Below, piece after piece: positions 18,681 to 29,411 of a stretch of DNA of 64,000 bases. Made by a program: the position numbers and the translations under genes. Source of the DNA: an uncultured Planctomycetaceae bacterium (GTDB lineage: Bacteria; Planctomycetota; Planctomycetia; Pirellulales; UBA1268); the NCBI GenBank assembly GCA_903885565.1, contig CAISJI010000159.1, forward strand, positions 10,514 to 74,513, in the 5' to 3' direction. The stretch's first letter is position 1. Each line of letters starts with the position of its first letter. The notes beneath the pieces were generated by a model. That model had not been told where the DNA came from, ran no database searches, and saw only the letters and a list, made by a program, of their open reading frames with translations.

Positions 18681-19302
18681 GGCTGCTGGGCAGCCACGGG
18701 AGGCAGACCATGAGCCGCCTCCCAGGCAGCGATTGAGTCGACGTGGTCCAGCGTGAGAGCGATGTTGTCGAGTCCCTGCAGCAGGCAGGTGCGTCGGAAG
18801 GCATCGATCTCAAATGGCTTGGAAAATCCCGCGGAGTCTGCCACGGTGCAGGTGTTGAGATCGACCCGCAGTGTGTAGGGGCTACCGCCGCTGGCTGTGG
18901 CCTGCGCCGTGCGACGAAACAGTTCTTCCACATCCTGTTCGTCGAGCCGGATCGGCAGCATGCCGTTCTGGAAACAGTTGGAGTAGAAGATGTCGGCGAA
19001 GGTGGGGGCAATGACAACCCGAAACCCATAATCGGCCAGCGCCCACGGGGCGTGCTCCCGGCTCGAACCGCAGCCGAAATTGCGCCGCGACAGCAGAATG
19101 CTCGCCCCGGCAGCCTCAGGCCGATTCAGTTCGAACTCCGGCTCCGGCGACCCATCGGGGCGGAAACGCCAGTCGAAAAACAGAAACTGCCCAAAGCCGG
19201 TGCGCTCAATCCGCTTGAGAAACTGCTTGGGAATGATCTGATCGGTATCGACGTTGGCCCGGTCGAGGGCGGCCACGACACCGGTGTGGGTGACAAAAGG
19301 TT

Positions 19303-19306
<4 letters not shown>
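18677..19306 (-). CDS. leuD: 3-isopropylmalate dehydratase small subunit
   Basis: [39 protein letters not shown] is the canonical LeuD N-terminus. ATG 19306 overlaps the leuC TGA (ATGA). Confidence 0.9.
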
Positions 19307-20715
<1,409 letters not shown>

Positions 20716-20828
20716 GGTTGGGGTGCGCAATCCCTAAGGGTGAGCCGGGAATGAAAATATGGAGCCGGGCGAACGGATCGACCGCCGCCGCTCAAAACCC
20801 CAATGTAGCCGCCGCGGGGCCGGTCTTC

Positions 20829-20852
20829 CACCGGGGAAAAATGGCCCCGGTG
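20829..20852. other. Perfect hairpin: 8-bp stem caccgggg/ccccggtg with an 8-nt loop, between the methyltransferase-like gene stop and the leuC start
   Basis: Read directly. A further GGCCCC...GGGGCC pairing lies at ~20856-20883. No flanking U-tract on either strand. Confidence 0.3.
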
Positions 20853-20891
20853 CTGGCCCCGCCGATGGCCATGGTGGGGGCCGGTTTTTGC

Positions 20892-21449
20892 TCAGGCAGC
20901 CCGCCGCTTGAGCGTGCGGGCCGCGAGGGAGTCGAGTTGACTCTTCTCGAGCACCTGCCAGAGCGTGGCACCGCCGCGGGTTTTTGCGGCGGTTTCGACG
21001 AGGATGGTGGTCTGAGCATTGACGACCCGCTGGATGAAAAACCAGCTGCGCTCGAGATGCTGCGGTTCATTGTCGGCCGAGACGAGCACCAGATCGAAGA
21101 GCCCCAGATGGTTGCACAGCCGCGACAGCGAGGTATCGGCGCTGCCGGGCCAGAGTTGCACGCGGGCCAGCGGCCGCAGCCGCTGATGCGCCTGCTTGAG
21201 CGTCACGCCGGGGGGATCTCCCGGCAACCGCCCCTCAAAGCGATCGAGTCCGACATACTGCACCCCCTCTTCGGGCGCTATCGTCTGCAGCAGCGACAGG
21301 AGCCGCTCCGTGCGCTGCAGGGTTCCCAGGCCGATCTCCAGCACGCGGCGGGGAATGGTGGCCTGCACCTGACGGTAGATTGAGCGGTCGCCTGCCGGCT
21401 GAGAAAACCGGTTCAACCAGAACGTCCCCCACCAGCCGAGCTTCGCCAT
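20892..21449 (-). CDS. Hypothetical protein with a class I SAM-methyltransferase-like pattern (tentative)
   Basis: ATG 21449 gives MAKLGWWGTFW... RRVLEIGLGTLQRTERLL resembles motif I but is partly degenerate. VGLDRFEG and FDLVLVSADNEPQ resemble Methyltransf_24-type blocks. Confidence 0.4.
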   Translation of the reverse strand: MAKLGWWGTFWLNRFSQPAGDRSIYRQVQATIPRRVLEIGLGTLQRTERLLSLLQTIAPEEGVQYVGLDRFEGRLPGDPPGVTLKQAHQRLRPLARVQLWPGSADTSLSRLCNHLGLFDLVLVSADNEPQHLERSWFFIQRVVNAQTTILVETAAKTRGGATLWQVLEKSQLDSLAARTLKRRAA

Positions 21450-21710
21450 GGCCACAATCCCCTGCGCGGTTGCCTGAACGACGGCAGCGGCGTCATGCCC
21501 TGCGCCGCCGGCCTCAGTTCTCCATCGGCGCACTGCGGTGGCAGAATGGAGCAGGCGTTCGCCATCCCGCAGAGCTTGCCGCGCCCCTGCCCCCGGCAGG
21601 ATCGGCACACCATTTCCCCCGCTGCAGAGGCGAGGTAGGCTGGGACTGCTGGCGGCCCGGCAGAAACTGGCCCGCACCACCACATTCTTTCCCTCCCTAC
21701 GAGGTTTCCC

Positions 21711-22484
21711 ATGCGTTTTCTTGTTCAGGGCATGATCGGGTTGGCCCTCCTGGCCGGGGCTCTGAAAGTACGCGGCGCAGACGCTGCCGAGTCACAGCCT
21801 TGGATCACCCTCTTCGACGGCACCTCGCTTGCAGGCTGGCACGTCAGCGCCAAAACCGGCCACAGTGGGCCGAGCAAGAACACCTCCGGCGGCCGCTGGG
21901 TTCTGGAAGATGGGGCCATCGTCGGCTCTCAGGATCAGCCGGGCAACGGTGGAATCATCCTCACCGATCGGGAGTTTGGCGATTTCGAGGTTGTTGTGGA
22001 GATGAAAAACGACTTCGGCCCCGACAGCGGCCTGTTCCTCCGCAGCACCGAGGAGGGGGCCGCCTATCAGGCGATGATCGATTACCACGCCGACGGCAAT
22101 CTGATGGGAATCTATGGCGAGGGGCTCGGTGGCCGGCCCCACATCCGTAACTACAGCTTCAAAGATGCTGTCACCGTCGTCGAACCGCAGTCGCACGGCG
22201 ATCCCCGGGTACCGTTTCCGATTCTGCCCGAGGCCTGGCCCTCGTTCTGGCGGCATGGCCAGTGGAACGAACTGCGGGCCAGGATCGTCGGTGGGCAAAC
22301 GCCCACGATCACAACCTGGATCAACGGCGTGAAGATTTCCCAGTGGACCGAAACCGAGGCCCGGCATCCGGCCCGGGGCCGCATCGCCCTGCAGATCCAC
22401 GGCGGCGGTGCCCCCAAGGATTACGACGGGAAATTCGTGCGCTACCGCGGCGTGCGGGTGAGGGAACTCGACGCCGCACAATAG
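21711..22484 (+). CDS. DUF1080 (3-keto-disaccharide hydrolase-like) domain protein, secreted
   Basis: Signal peptide MRFLVQGMIGLALLAGALKVRGADA. WITLFDGTSLAGWH ... GGRWVLEDGAIVG ... GGIILTDREFGDFEVVVEMK ... NSGLFLR-like block and a terminal VRYRGVRVREL are typical of DUF1080. Confidence 0.8.
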   Translation: MRFLVQGMIGLALLAGALKVRGADAAESQPWITLFDGTSLAGWHVSAKTGHSGPSKNTSGGRWVLEDGAIVGSQDQPGNGGIILTDREFGDFEVVVEMKNDFGPDSGLFLRSTEEGAAYQAMIDYHADGNLMGIYGEGLGGRPHIRNYSFKDAVTVVEPQSHGDPRVPFPILPEAWPSFWRHGQWNELRARIVGGQTPTITTWINGVKISQWTETEARHPARGRIALQIHGGGAPKDYDGKFVRYRGVRVRELDAAQ

Positions 22485-22510
22485 GCAGCCGTTGGCCCCT
22501 CTACCCCGGC

Positions 22511-23809
22511 TCACGGCCGGGGCAGCGGGGCTAACTGCACAGCGTCGACGTCGAGCGTGCCGGTGGCGCCGAGCATGCCGATATGCACGATCGCCTCGCG
22601 GGCCCACGCCGGCACTTGCAGCGTGCCCTCGATTGTTTTCCAGGGCGACGTGCCGAGCCAGGGCCCCAGAAAAGTGCGTACCGAACGACTGCGCCGCTCG
22701 TCGAAAAACTGAATCGCCAGCCCCGGAGCCTCCTCCGGTGAGAGCCCCTCCTGAATGCCACTGGCCCGCATCTCCAGCGTCACCCGCAAGCGCCCCACCA
22801 TCCGGCCGTCGACAGGAAACCCCTGCCAGAGCTGCGCCGGCCGACCCGCCTGAGCATTTTCCAGCCGGAGATATCCTTTTCCCTGCGGCGCATCGGCCCC
22901 CTGCTCCACCCGCATCTGCCGCCCGTAATACCAGGCCCTCGGCACGGTGGAATCGGGGAGAAATTCCTCGAAGCTGCCATTCTCAAGCGCCGGCCGGCTG
23001 CCATCGGGCTGCACGCGCCGGGCCTCCTCGGCCGCCCCGGTCATCGGCACAAAAAAACTCGGCACCAGCGCCTCCCGCACCATCTCTCCTTCGCGCTTTG
23101 TCAGCCGCACGAGCGTTTGATCGTAGCGCTCGCCGACAGGGATGATCATCTTCCCCCCCTCGGCCAACTGCTCCACCAGCGGCGCGGGAATCTCCTCTGG
23201 AGAGCAGGTGACGATGATCTTGTCGAAGGGAGCATGCTCAGGCCATCCCTGAAAGCCATCGCCGATCCGGGTGACGACATTTTCATACCCCAGCCGGCCC
23301 AGCGTGCGGGCCGCCCGCTCCCCCAACACCCGGCTGATCTCGATCGAATAGACCATCTCCACCAGCGGCGCCAGCACCGCCGCCTGATAGCCACTGCCAG
23401 TGCCGATCTCCAGCACCCGGTCGGTCGGCTCAAGGGCGAGTTGCTCAGTCATGTAGGCCACCACGAACGGCCCCGAGATCGTCTGCTTCTCGCCGATCGG
23501 CAGTGCCATGTCGAAATAGGCCAGACCCCGCTGGGGCACCGGCACAAATTCATGCCGCAGCGTGGTGCGCATGCTCGCGAGCACCCGCGGATCGCTGACG
23601 CCGCCGCCGGCGATGTCGTCGCGCACCATGCGCTGGCGGGCGGACACAAAACGATCGGCTTGCCCGCGCTCGGCCGGGGCACGTTCAGCCGCAGTCGGGG
23701 GAGCAGCCTCCGGCTCATCTACCGGGGGCGCGGCACCAGCCGGCAGGAGGGACAGAGCGCCCCCCAGCCAGACCATCAGCGCCACGACACGCCAGCGCGG
23801 GTTCATCAT
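22511..23809 (-). CDS. pcm: Exported protein-L-isoaspartate O-methyltransferase fused to a C-terminal ~170-aa beta-sandwich-like domain
   Basis: N-terminal signal MMNPRWRVVALMVWLGGALSLLPAGAAPP. Pcm blocks are present: QTISGPFVVAYMTEQL, VLEIGTGSGYQAAVLA, FDKIIVTCSPEEIPAPLVEQLAEGGKMIIPVG. An extra C-terminal domain follows (ENGSFEEF...GYLRLEN...TLDVDAVQL). Confidence 0.8.
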   Translation of the reverse strand: MMNPRWRVVALMVWLGGALSLLPAGAAPPVDEPEAAPPTAAERAPAERGQADRFVSARQRMVRDDIAGGGVSDPRVLASMRTTLRHEFVPVPQRGLAYFDMALPIGEKQTISGPFVVAYMTEQLALEPTDRVLEIGTGSGYQAAVLAPLVEMVYSIEISRVLGERAARTLGRLGYENVVTRIGDGFQGWPEHAPFDKIIVTCSPEEIPAPLVEQLAEGGKMIIPVGERYDQTLVRLTKREGEMVREALVPSFFVPMTGAAEEARRVQPDGSRPALENGSFEEFLPDSTVPRAWYYGRQMRVEQGADAPQGKGYLRLENAQAGRPAQLWQGFPVDGRMVGRLRVTLEMRASGIQEGLSPEEAPGLAIQFFDERRSRSVRTFLGPWLGTSPWKTIEGTLQVPAWAREAIVHIGMLGATGTLDVDAVQLAPLPRP

Positions 23810-23872
23810 GAAGAGCCTCTCTGCCAGCCGCCCGCCCCACCAACCCGCTCCCGCCCACGCGCGCCGTGGTGA

Positions 23873-24688
23873 TCACGGCTGCGGTACGATCTTTACCAGT
23901 TCGATTTCAAATACCAGCACCTCGTTCGGCTCGATCACCGGGGGCGATCCCTCCTCGCCATAGCCGAGGGCCGGCGGCACAAAGAGCCGCCATTTCGACC
24001 CCACCGGCATCAGCGGCAAAGCCTCCTGCCAGCCCGGCACCACACCGCGCACCGGAAACGTGGCCGGCTCCCCCTTGGGATCGGTGGCGTCAAACTCCTT
24101 GCCATCGAGATGGGTTCCCCGGTAGTGCGTGGCAACAGTGTCCGTGAGCTTGGGAAAGGGACCATTGCCCCTCGTGAGCACCTCATACTGCAGGCCGCTG
24201 GGGAGGGTCACGATCCCCTTCTTGGCGCCGTTGGCCTGAAGAAATTCTGCCGCTTTGGCCTGATTGACTTTGGCCACCTCAACCATCCGTTTGGCAAACT
24301 CCTGCTCCTGCGCCCGCAGCCGGGTTTCAAACACCTCCAGCGCCTGCCGGCATTGCTCATCGCTCAACCGTGGATTCACCCCGCGCACCGCATCGGCCAG
24401 CCCCTGCGCCAGAGCGAGGGGATCGATGGGGGCCTGCTGGGCTTTGAAGTCGGCGGCAATCCGACTGCCGATCCGCTGGCCGAGCGCATAGCCGAGCACG
24501 CTCTCTGGTGTGGCTGAAACCGGGCCGTCAAAGGGCGCTGGAGCCCGCAGGCCGGGAGCCGCGCCAGGCGGCTGGGCAAAGCCTTCTCCCGCCAGCAAAC
24601 AGCCGAGCATCATCGCCAGCAGCGGATGGCGGCCCGCCACCGCGCCACACCATCCCCGCTCTGCTCCCACCCACATCCGCAATCCCAT
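23873..24688 (-). CDS. FKBP-type peptidyl-prolyl cis-trans isomerase (Mip/FkpA-like, with N-terminal dimerisation helices)
   Basis: ATG 24688 (271 aa). The C-terminal block GLQYEVLTRGNG...HYRGTHLDGKEFD...GVVPGWQEALPLMPVGSKWRLFVPPALGYGE is canonical FKBP. The track ORF (584 aa) extension is antisense to the AAA+ gene and non-coding in character. Confidence 0.85.
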   Translation of the reverse strand: MGLRMWVGAERGWCGAVAGRHPLLAMMLGCLLAGEGFAQPPGAAPGLRAPAPFDGPVSATPESVLGYALGQRIGSRIAADFKAQQAPIDPLALAQGLADAVRGVNPRLSDEQCRQALEVFETRLRAQEQEFAKRMVEVAKVNQAKAAEFLQANGAKKGIVTLPSGLQYEVLTRGNGPFPKLTDTVATHYRGTHLDGKEFDATDPKGEPATFPVRGVVPGWQEALPLMPVGSKWRLFVPPALGYGEEGSPPVIEPNEVLVFEIELVKIVPQP

Positions 24689-24720
24689 CGGTGTTGTCTC
24701 CTCCTGCCAGGGCTGCCTGG

Positions 24721-24749
24721 GGGACAGCCCTCCATGGCATCGGTATAGT
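24721..24749 (+). promoter_or_regulatory. Sigma-70-like promoter candidate for the AAA+ gene: -35 GGGACA, 17-nt spacer, -10 TATAGT
   Basis: Read directly: GGGACA 24721-24726 and TATAGT 24744-24749, 51 nt upstream of ATG 24801, in the divergent region shared with the FKBP gene. An imperfect inverted repeat (cagggctg...cagccctc) overlaps at ~24703-24731. Confidence 0.3.
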
Positions 24750-24800
24750 GTAACGCGAAAGTCTCTGACGCTGGTCCCTCCCGCCTCCGCGAGTGCGCCC

Positions 24801-26120
24801 ATGGCTCCCCCGCCCCCATCCCGCTCCGAGCGAACGCTCGATACAATTCTCTCCAATGCCTCGGAGGGAGCGCGGGAATCGCTCCGCCTGCTGGCGGAGA
24901 TTCTGGGCAATGAGCCCTCCTCGGCCCTCTCCCCGACCACGTTTGCCATCCAACACCTCGGCGGAGGCGTGCTGGAATTGGCCAGCAGCCGCGTTGCCAC
25001 GCAGGGCACGTCGCTGGCGCTGCTGGGCAATCTGCTGCGCATCGAGATGGAGCGGCATGCCGGGGCCGTTGTCATCGGCTCGCCCGGCGAGGGCCTGCCC
25101 CCCACCTGGTCGCAACTGACAGTGGGGCCCGATGAGCGGGTCTCGGTGCCGGGCCGGCTGATTGTGTTCTTCCCCGCCGGCACGCTGGCGGCGATCCCGC
25201 TGTGCGTGCATATCGACGATCGCCATTGGACGCGGGAGTTTGCCGTGCTCTCCACACTGGCGCAGAAGCCTGCCGCAGAGGCGGTGGTGCGGTCGTTTAC
25301 AGCCCGGCTGAAAACAGCCGAAAACCCTCTGCGCGGCCGGGTGCTCGAGGCGAGCTGCGTGGAAAACTCTCTCCATCTGGGGGTCACCTCAACGCCGGCG
25401 AGTCGGCGGGAGAGCCTGATCCTCCCCGCCCCTCTCTGGGCGGAGATCGACATCTTTCTCGCCTCGGCCACCAGCCGCCGCGACCTCATGCGGCGGCTCG
25501 GCCTGGGCACCAACCGGGGTCTGCTCATCGCCGGTCCACCGGGGGTGGGCAAAACGCATCTGGTGCGGATTATTGCCGCGGAACTCAGCGGCCAGTTCAC
25601 CACGATCCTCGCCGACGCCCATGCCATGCGGCACCAGATTGCCGAACTCTACAGCGAGGCCGAAACCTTCGGCCCGACGCTGGTCGTGCTCGACGACATC
25701 GACCTGGTGCTGGGCCACCGCGATGCCAATGGCGACAACGGGGCGCTGGCCGATTTTCTGGCCACGCTCGACGGCGTGCTGGAACGCAAAGACATCCTCA
25801 CGATCGCCACGACGAACGACCCCAAATCGCTCGATCCGGCAGCGCAGCGGGCCTCCCGGTTTGATGTGGTGATCACGCTCCCGCTGCCCGACGAGGATTC
25901 CCGCGAGCGGATCCTGAAAGGGTATCTGGCGCCGCTTGACCTCCCCTTCGATTTCCCAGCCGTGGCCCGGGCGCTGGAGGGGGCCACCGGCTCCGATGTG
26001 CTGGAGGTGGTGCGCCGCACGGTGCTCGAGCATGGCGAAACATTCACGCAGGCGCAGCTGCTCGATGTCGCCGCCACCGGCCGCTGGCAGGCCACGGTCA
26101 ATCGGCGGCGCTATCTGTAG
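24801..26120 (+). CDS. AAA+ ATPase (classic-clade single AAA module) with a ~200-aa N-terminal domain of unknown function
   Basis: Walker A GPPGVGKTH, Walker B LVVLDDIDLV, sensor/Arg-finger region ATTNDPKSLDPAAQRASRFD. No protease, TM or substrate-recognition domain is recognisable. ATG 24801 was chosen; the upstream track ORF is antisense to the FKBP gene. Confidence 0.75.
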   Translation: MAPPPPSRSERTLDTILSNASEGARESLRLLAEILGNEPSSALSPTTFAIQHLGGGVLELASSRVATQGTSLALLGNLLRIEMERHAGAVVIGSPGEGLPPTWSQLTVGPDERVSVPGRLIVFFPAGTLAAIPLCVHIDDRHWTREFAVLSTLAQKPAAEAVVRSFTARLKTAENPLRGRVLEASCVENSLHLGVTSTPASRRESLILPAPLWAEIDIFLASATSRRDLMRRLGLGTNRGLLIAGPPGVGKTHLVRIIAAELSGQFTTILADAHAMRHQIAELYSEAETFGPTLVVLDDIDLVLGHRDANGDNGALADFLATLDGVLERKDILTIATTNDPKSLDPAAQRASRFDVVITLPLPDEDSRERILKGYLAPLDLPFDFPAVARALEGATGSDVLEVVRRTVLEHGETFTQAQLLDVAATGRWQATVNRRRYL

Positions 26121-26145
26121 CCGGGCGCGGGCCCGCTGCCGCGCG

Positions 26146-27120
26146 TCAGGCCGAAGGAGCGGGATTGGGGGCAGGATTGGCGACGGCCTTGGGCCGGCCG
26201 AGTGAGCCTTTGGTGATCTCGAGAAAGGCGGTCTCCAGATTGACCTCCGATTCCCGCATCGAAATCAGCTGGTGGCCGGCGGCGATCAGGCGTGCGGCCA
26301 GCGCCGAGGGATCGGCCACTCCCTCGGCAAGCGTGGCGAGCACCTCTCCATCGCGCACCGCCAATTGCGAAATCTCCGGGCAGCCCTCCAGCGTCTTGGC
26401 GGCGGGCTCCGGCGGACCGGCCACCCGCAGCCGGATGACCGGCCGGCCGCGCACCTGCGCCAGCAGTTCCTGCACATCGCCGCAGGCGAGCAGACGGCCA
26501 TATTCGATGATGCCGACGCGGTTGCAGATATCGGCCAACTCGGGAAGGATGTGGCTGGAAACCAGGATTGTCTTTCCCAGTCCCTGCAGCCGGCGGAGGA
26601 GATTGCGCATCTCGATGCGGGCACGCGGATCGAGGCCGCTGGCCGGCTCGTCGAGCAGCAGCACCTGCGGATCGTGCAGCAGCACTCTCGCCAGCCCCAG
26701 CCGCTGCGTCATGCCGCGGGAAAGACTCGTCACCAGCTCATCGCGCTTCACCGTCAGATCGACCAACTCCAGCGAGCGATCAGCCACCCGCTTCCGCTCG
26801 GCCCCCTCGATCCGATAGGCCGCGGCAAAGAATTCCAGATATTCAATCACCCGCATGTCGTCATAGACGCCGAAGATATCGGGCATGTAGCCGATGGCCC
26901 GGCGGATCTCGCGCGGGTGGGTGTAGATCGAGTGCCCGCAGACGTAGGCCTCGCCCCAGGTCGGCGCCAAGAGCGTGGAGAGGATACGGATCGTGGTGGT
27001 CTTGCCGGCACCGTTGGGGCCGATAAAGCCAAACAGATCCCCCTTCTCAAGCTTCAGGTCGAGCGATTCAAGCGCCGAGAAATCGCCATACTTCTTGGTG
27101 AGGTCGATTGTTTCAATCAT
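26146..27120 (-). CDS. ABC transporter ATP-binding protein (ABC-2/CcmA-like, with a C-terminal extension)
   Basis: Walker A GPNGAGKTT, signature LSRGMTQRLGLA, Walker B LLLDEPASGLD. ATG 27120 (MIETIDLTKKYG) overlaps the upstream TGA (ATGA at 27117-27120). Confidence 0.85.
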   Translation of the reverse strand: MIETIDLTKKYGDFSALESLDLKLEKGDLFGFIGPNGAGKTTTIRILSTLLAPTWGEAYVCGHSIYTHPREIRRAIGYMPDIFGVYDDMRVIEYLEFFAAAYRIEGAERKRVADRSLELVDLTVKRDELVTSLSRGMTQRLGLARVLLHDPQVLLLDEPASGLDPRARIEMRNLLRRLQGLGKTILVSSHILPELADICNRVGIIEYGRLLACGDVQELLAQVRGRPVIRLRVAGPPEPAAKTLEGCPEISQLAVRDGEVLATLAEGVADPSALAARLIAAGHQLISMRESEVNLETAFLEITKGSLGRPKAVANPAPNPAPSA

Positions 27121-29411
27121 GGTCTTCGCGTCTTGAGAGGAATGACTATCCGCCACAGCCCACTACCTGCTTCCAAAGCGCTGCCCGAGGGCATCGCCAC
27201 AGCCTCCGGGCCGGCCGTTGTCTGCCGCCACGCGGTGCCGCGCGGCCCCCGGCCCACCAGCACCGCCCGGTCGACATTCAACAGCGGGGAGAGATCGAAC
27301 CGGCCGAGTCGGCCGGGATCGCTGGAGGTGTAGGCACTCCCCCCCGCCGCAGCGTGGAGGCCGGCCACTTCGAGAATCCGCAGGGGATCGAGTTCGGCAG
27401 GGTCCCACCGCGTGGCGACGATGCGTTCGGCATTGGCGGCATTTCTCGTCAGCGCCCCGGCCAGCGAGCGTGGTCCCTTGCCACCGTGCGTGGAATAGCT
27501 CGCGCCGGGATCCAACCGGCCGATGTCGTAGAGCCAGCCGGAGTGCACCAGGCGGCAGTCTTCCAAGGGAAAGTCGAGTCGGTTCACCACCTCCCCACGC
27601 AGCGTTCCCTGGGCCTCGCGGGTGAGGCTCGCCTCCAGAGGCGGCCGGGGGCAGGCGGCGATCCATTCCGCCTCCAACAACCGGCTGGAGGAAGCGGCCA
27701 GCGGGATGCCGCGGAGTGTGGCCAGCGAAGGTCCGTAGGCATAATCAGCGCTTGCCAACGAGGGATGGGACGTCGGCGAGTCGGTCGCCCCCAGCCCGCG
27801 ACCAACGGCGCCAAACCACGACACGACAATGTCGGCCGGTGGAACGGCGAGTCCCTCCCGCGGCACCGCCGCGGTGTCGAGCGTGGCATTGGCAGGTGAC
27901 CAGATGCCGGCAAACGAAACCCCCCGCGTCAGCAACCCCGCCATGTCGATATCGACCAGATCGGCCTGCGATTCCTGCCCCGCCTCGCTCTTCCACTGCC
28001 GTGCGGTGGAGCCGGCCAGCGCCACGAAACCAGCCACCAGCAGCGGCAGCGACAGCCAGGCCAAGCGAAACCGCCCCTTGCCCCGCGATACCAGCCACCA
28101 GTCCAAAGGATAGAGGGCTGCGATGTAGAGCAGGGCGAGTCCACCAATGATTTCAAACGGCACCGGGCGCACCGAGGGAAACTGGTCAACCGCCAGGCGG
28201 AGCTGTCCGGCCATGTCGAGCGCGCCGCGGGCCCCTTCCGCTCCCCGCCCTGCAGACTTTCCCTTGGGACGGCCTCCCAACAGCTCCACCAGCAGTGTGT
28301 CAGTTCCCTGCCAGGTGCGAAAAAAACCCTGATCCAGATCGAGGCCGATCCAGGTGATTGTCCCAAAGCCATGAGGACTCCGCACGACCAGCGGCAGATC
28401 GCTGGGGGCTGTCCCCTCAAAGGCCTCAATCACGCCGTCCATAGCAGCAGCATCTGCCAGCAGCGGCACCTCCAGCCCCTGCAGAGCTTTCTTGTCCAGC
28501 GGACGATCGGCTCGGGCGTAGCTTTCGATCGCGGTCGCCCGCCGCAATGGCGCCATCCCCTCCATGCGTCCCGGGGTGTTGGTGAGACCAGGAATCCACC
28601 CGGCCGCCACAGACTCTGCCAAGCCCGCCCGCACCGCATCGGCTCCCGCCAGAAACACGAGCCTCCCTCCCCGCCGCACCCAAGCGTCGATGCCGACCAG
28701 CGCCGCCGCGTCGGCCCCCCGGAGGGCCGCCACCGATCGACCACACACGATGATCGCATCGGCGCCGTCATAATCGAGGCCCGTGGGACCCAGCAGCCGC
28801 GGATCGGCGACAGCCACGACCCGGGGCCGGGAGCCGTCGTCGCGAGCCATCAAGCGTGCCGCCCGCTCCATGCTGGGAAGCTCTCCGACGACGAGCACAA
28901 CTGTCTCCCCGCCGGGCAGCGGCGCGGGGAGGCTGAGCGGCGCAAGGCCCGCCACATGCTCCGCGGAGATCTCAGCCGACAGGCCGTCTCCGCCAGCGTC
29001 TTCCGGCGGCACCTGCTCCAGCAGCACGCGGCCTACGGGGCGGCCGAAGCGGACCAGAAATCGGACTGACTGCGTGCCATCAGCCGCCTGCGTCACGGCC
29101 ATCGCTGGCGACCGCACCCACTGCCCGTCGGAGTCTTCGGCCCAGGCACAGAGTCTGCCCGCAGATCCGCCCCCCGAGGCAGAGGAAGAGCCGGAGGAAG
29201 ATGCAGAGGAAACCAGCAGCGGCGTCCACGAGCCCGTCCGGTAGACATCCTGAAAGCCGACGCGCACGTTCCAGGGCCCGCCCCCATCGACCGATGCCGG
29301 CGCCGCCTGGCTGGGCAGGGCGCCTGCCTGCCACAGCACGAGCAGGGATGCCCACGCCCACACGGCGCGGAGGCACCGCCCGACCAATCGCCCACGGCGG
29401 CCGCGTTTCAT
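27117..29411 (-). CDS. 764-aa membrane protein, GldG/ABC-auxiliary-like (signal peptide, GATase1-like module, central TM pair)
   Basis: ATG 29411 gives MKRGRRGRLVGRCLRAVWAWASLLVLWQAGALPSQA. YDGADAIIVCGRSVAAL...WVRRGGRLVFLAG is a ThuA/ABC_transp_aux-like pattern. TM segments are PFEIIGGLALLYIAALYPLDWWLV and LAWLSLPLLVAGFVALAG. The family call is tentative. Confidence 0.55.
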   Translation of the reverse strand: MKRGRRGRLVGRCLRAVWAWASLLVLWQAGALPSQAAPASVDGGGPWNVRVGFQDVYRTGSWTPLLVSSASSSGSSSASGGGSAGRLCAWAEDSDGQWVRSPAMAVTQAADGTQSVRFLVRFGRPVGRVLLEQVPPEDAGGDGLSAEISAEHVAGLAPLSLPAPLPGGETVVLVVGELPSMERAARLMARDDGSRPRVVAVADPRLLGPTGLDYDGADAIIVCGRSVAALRGADAAALVGIDAWVRRGGRLVFLAGADAVRAGLAESVAAGWIPGLTNTPGRMEGMAPLRRATAIESYARADRPLDKKALQGLEVPLLADAAAMDGVIEAFEGTAPSDLPLVVRSPHGFGTITWIGLDLDQGFFRTWQGTDTLLVELLGGRPKGKSAGRGAEGARGALDMAGQLRLAVDQFPSVRPVPFEIIGGLALLYIAALYPLDWWLVSRGKGRFRLAWLSLPLLVAGFVALAGSTARQWKSEAGQESQADLVDIDMAGLLTRGVSFAGIWSPANATLDTAAVPREGLAVPPADIVVSWFGAVGRGLGATDSPTSHPSLASADYAYGPSLATLRGIPLAASSSRLLEAEWIAACPRPPLEASLTREAQGTLRGEVVNRLDFPLEDCRLVHSGWLYDIGRLDPGASYSTHGGKGPRSLAGALTRNAANAERIVATRWDPAELDPLRILEVAGLHAAAGGSAYTSSDPGRLGRFDLSPLLNVDRAVLVGRGPRGTAWRQTTAGPEAVAMPSGSALEAGSGLWRIVIPLKTRRP

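Noticed and set aside
23873-25627. Track ORFs with long N-terminal extensions: 23873-25627, 12961-16380, 3802-6135, 42061-43548, 36994-38838, 57622-58887, 58719-60002, 27117-29624 and 5645-6916.
   Set aside because: The extensions are compositionally junk-like, overlap neighbouring genes or promoters, and precede an internal Met followed by a signal peptide or a canonical family N-terminus. I used the internal starts.
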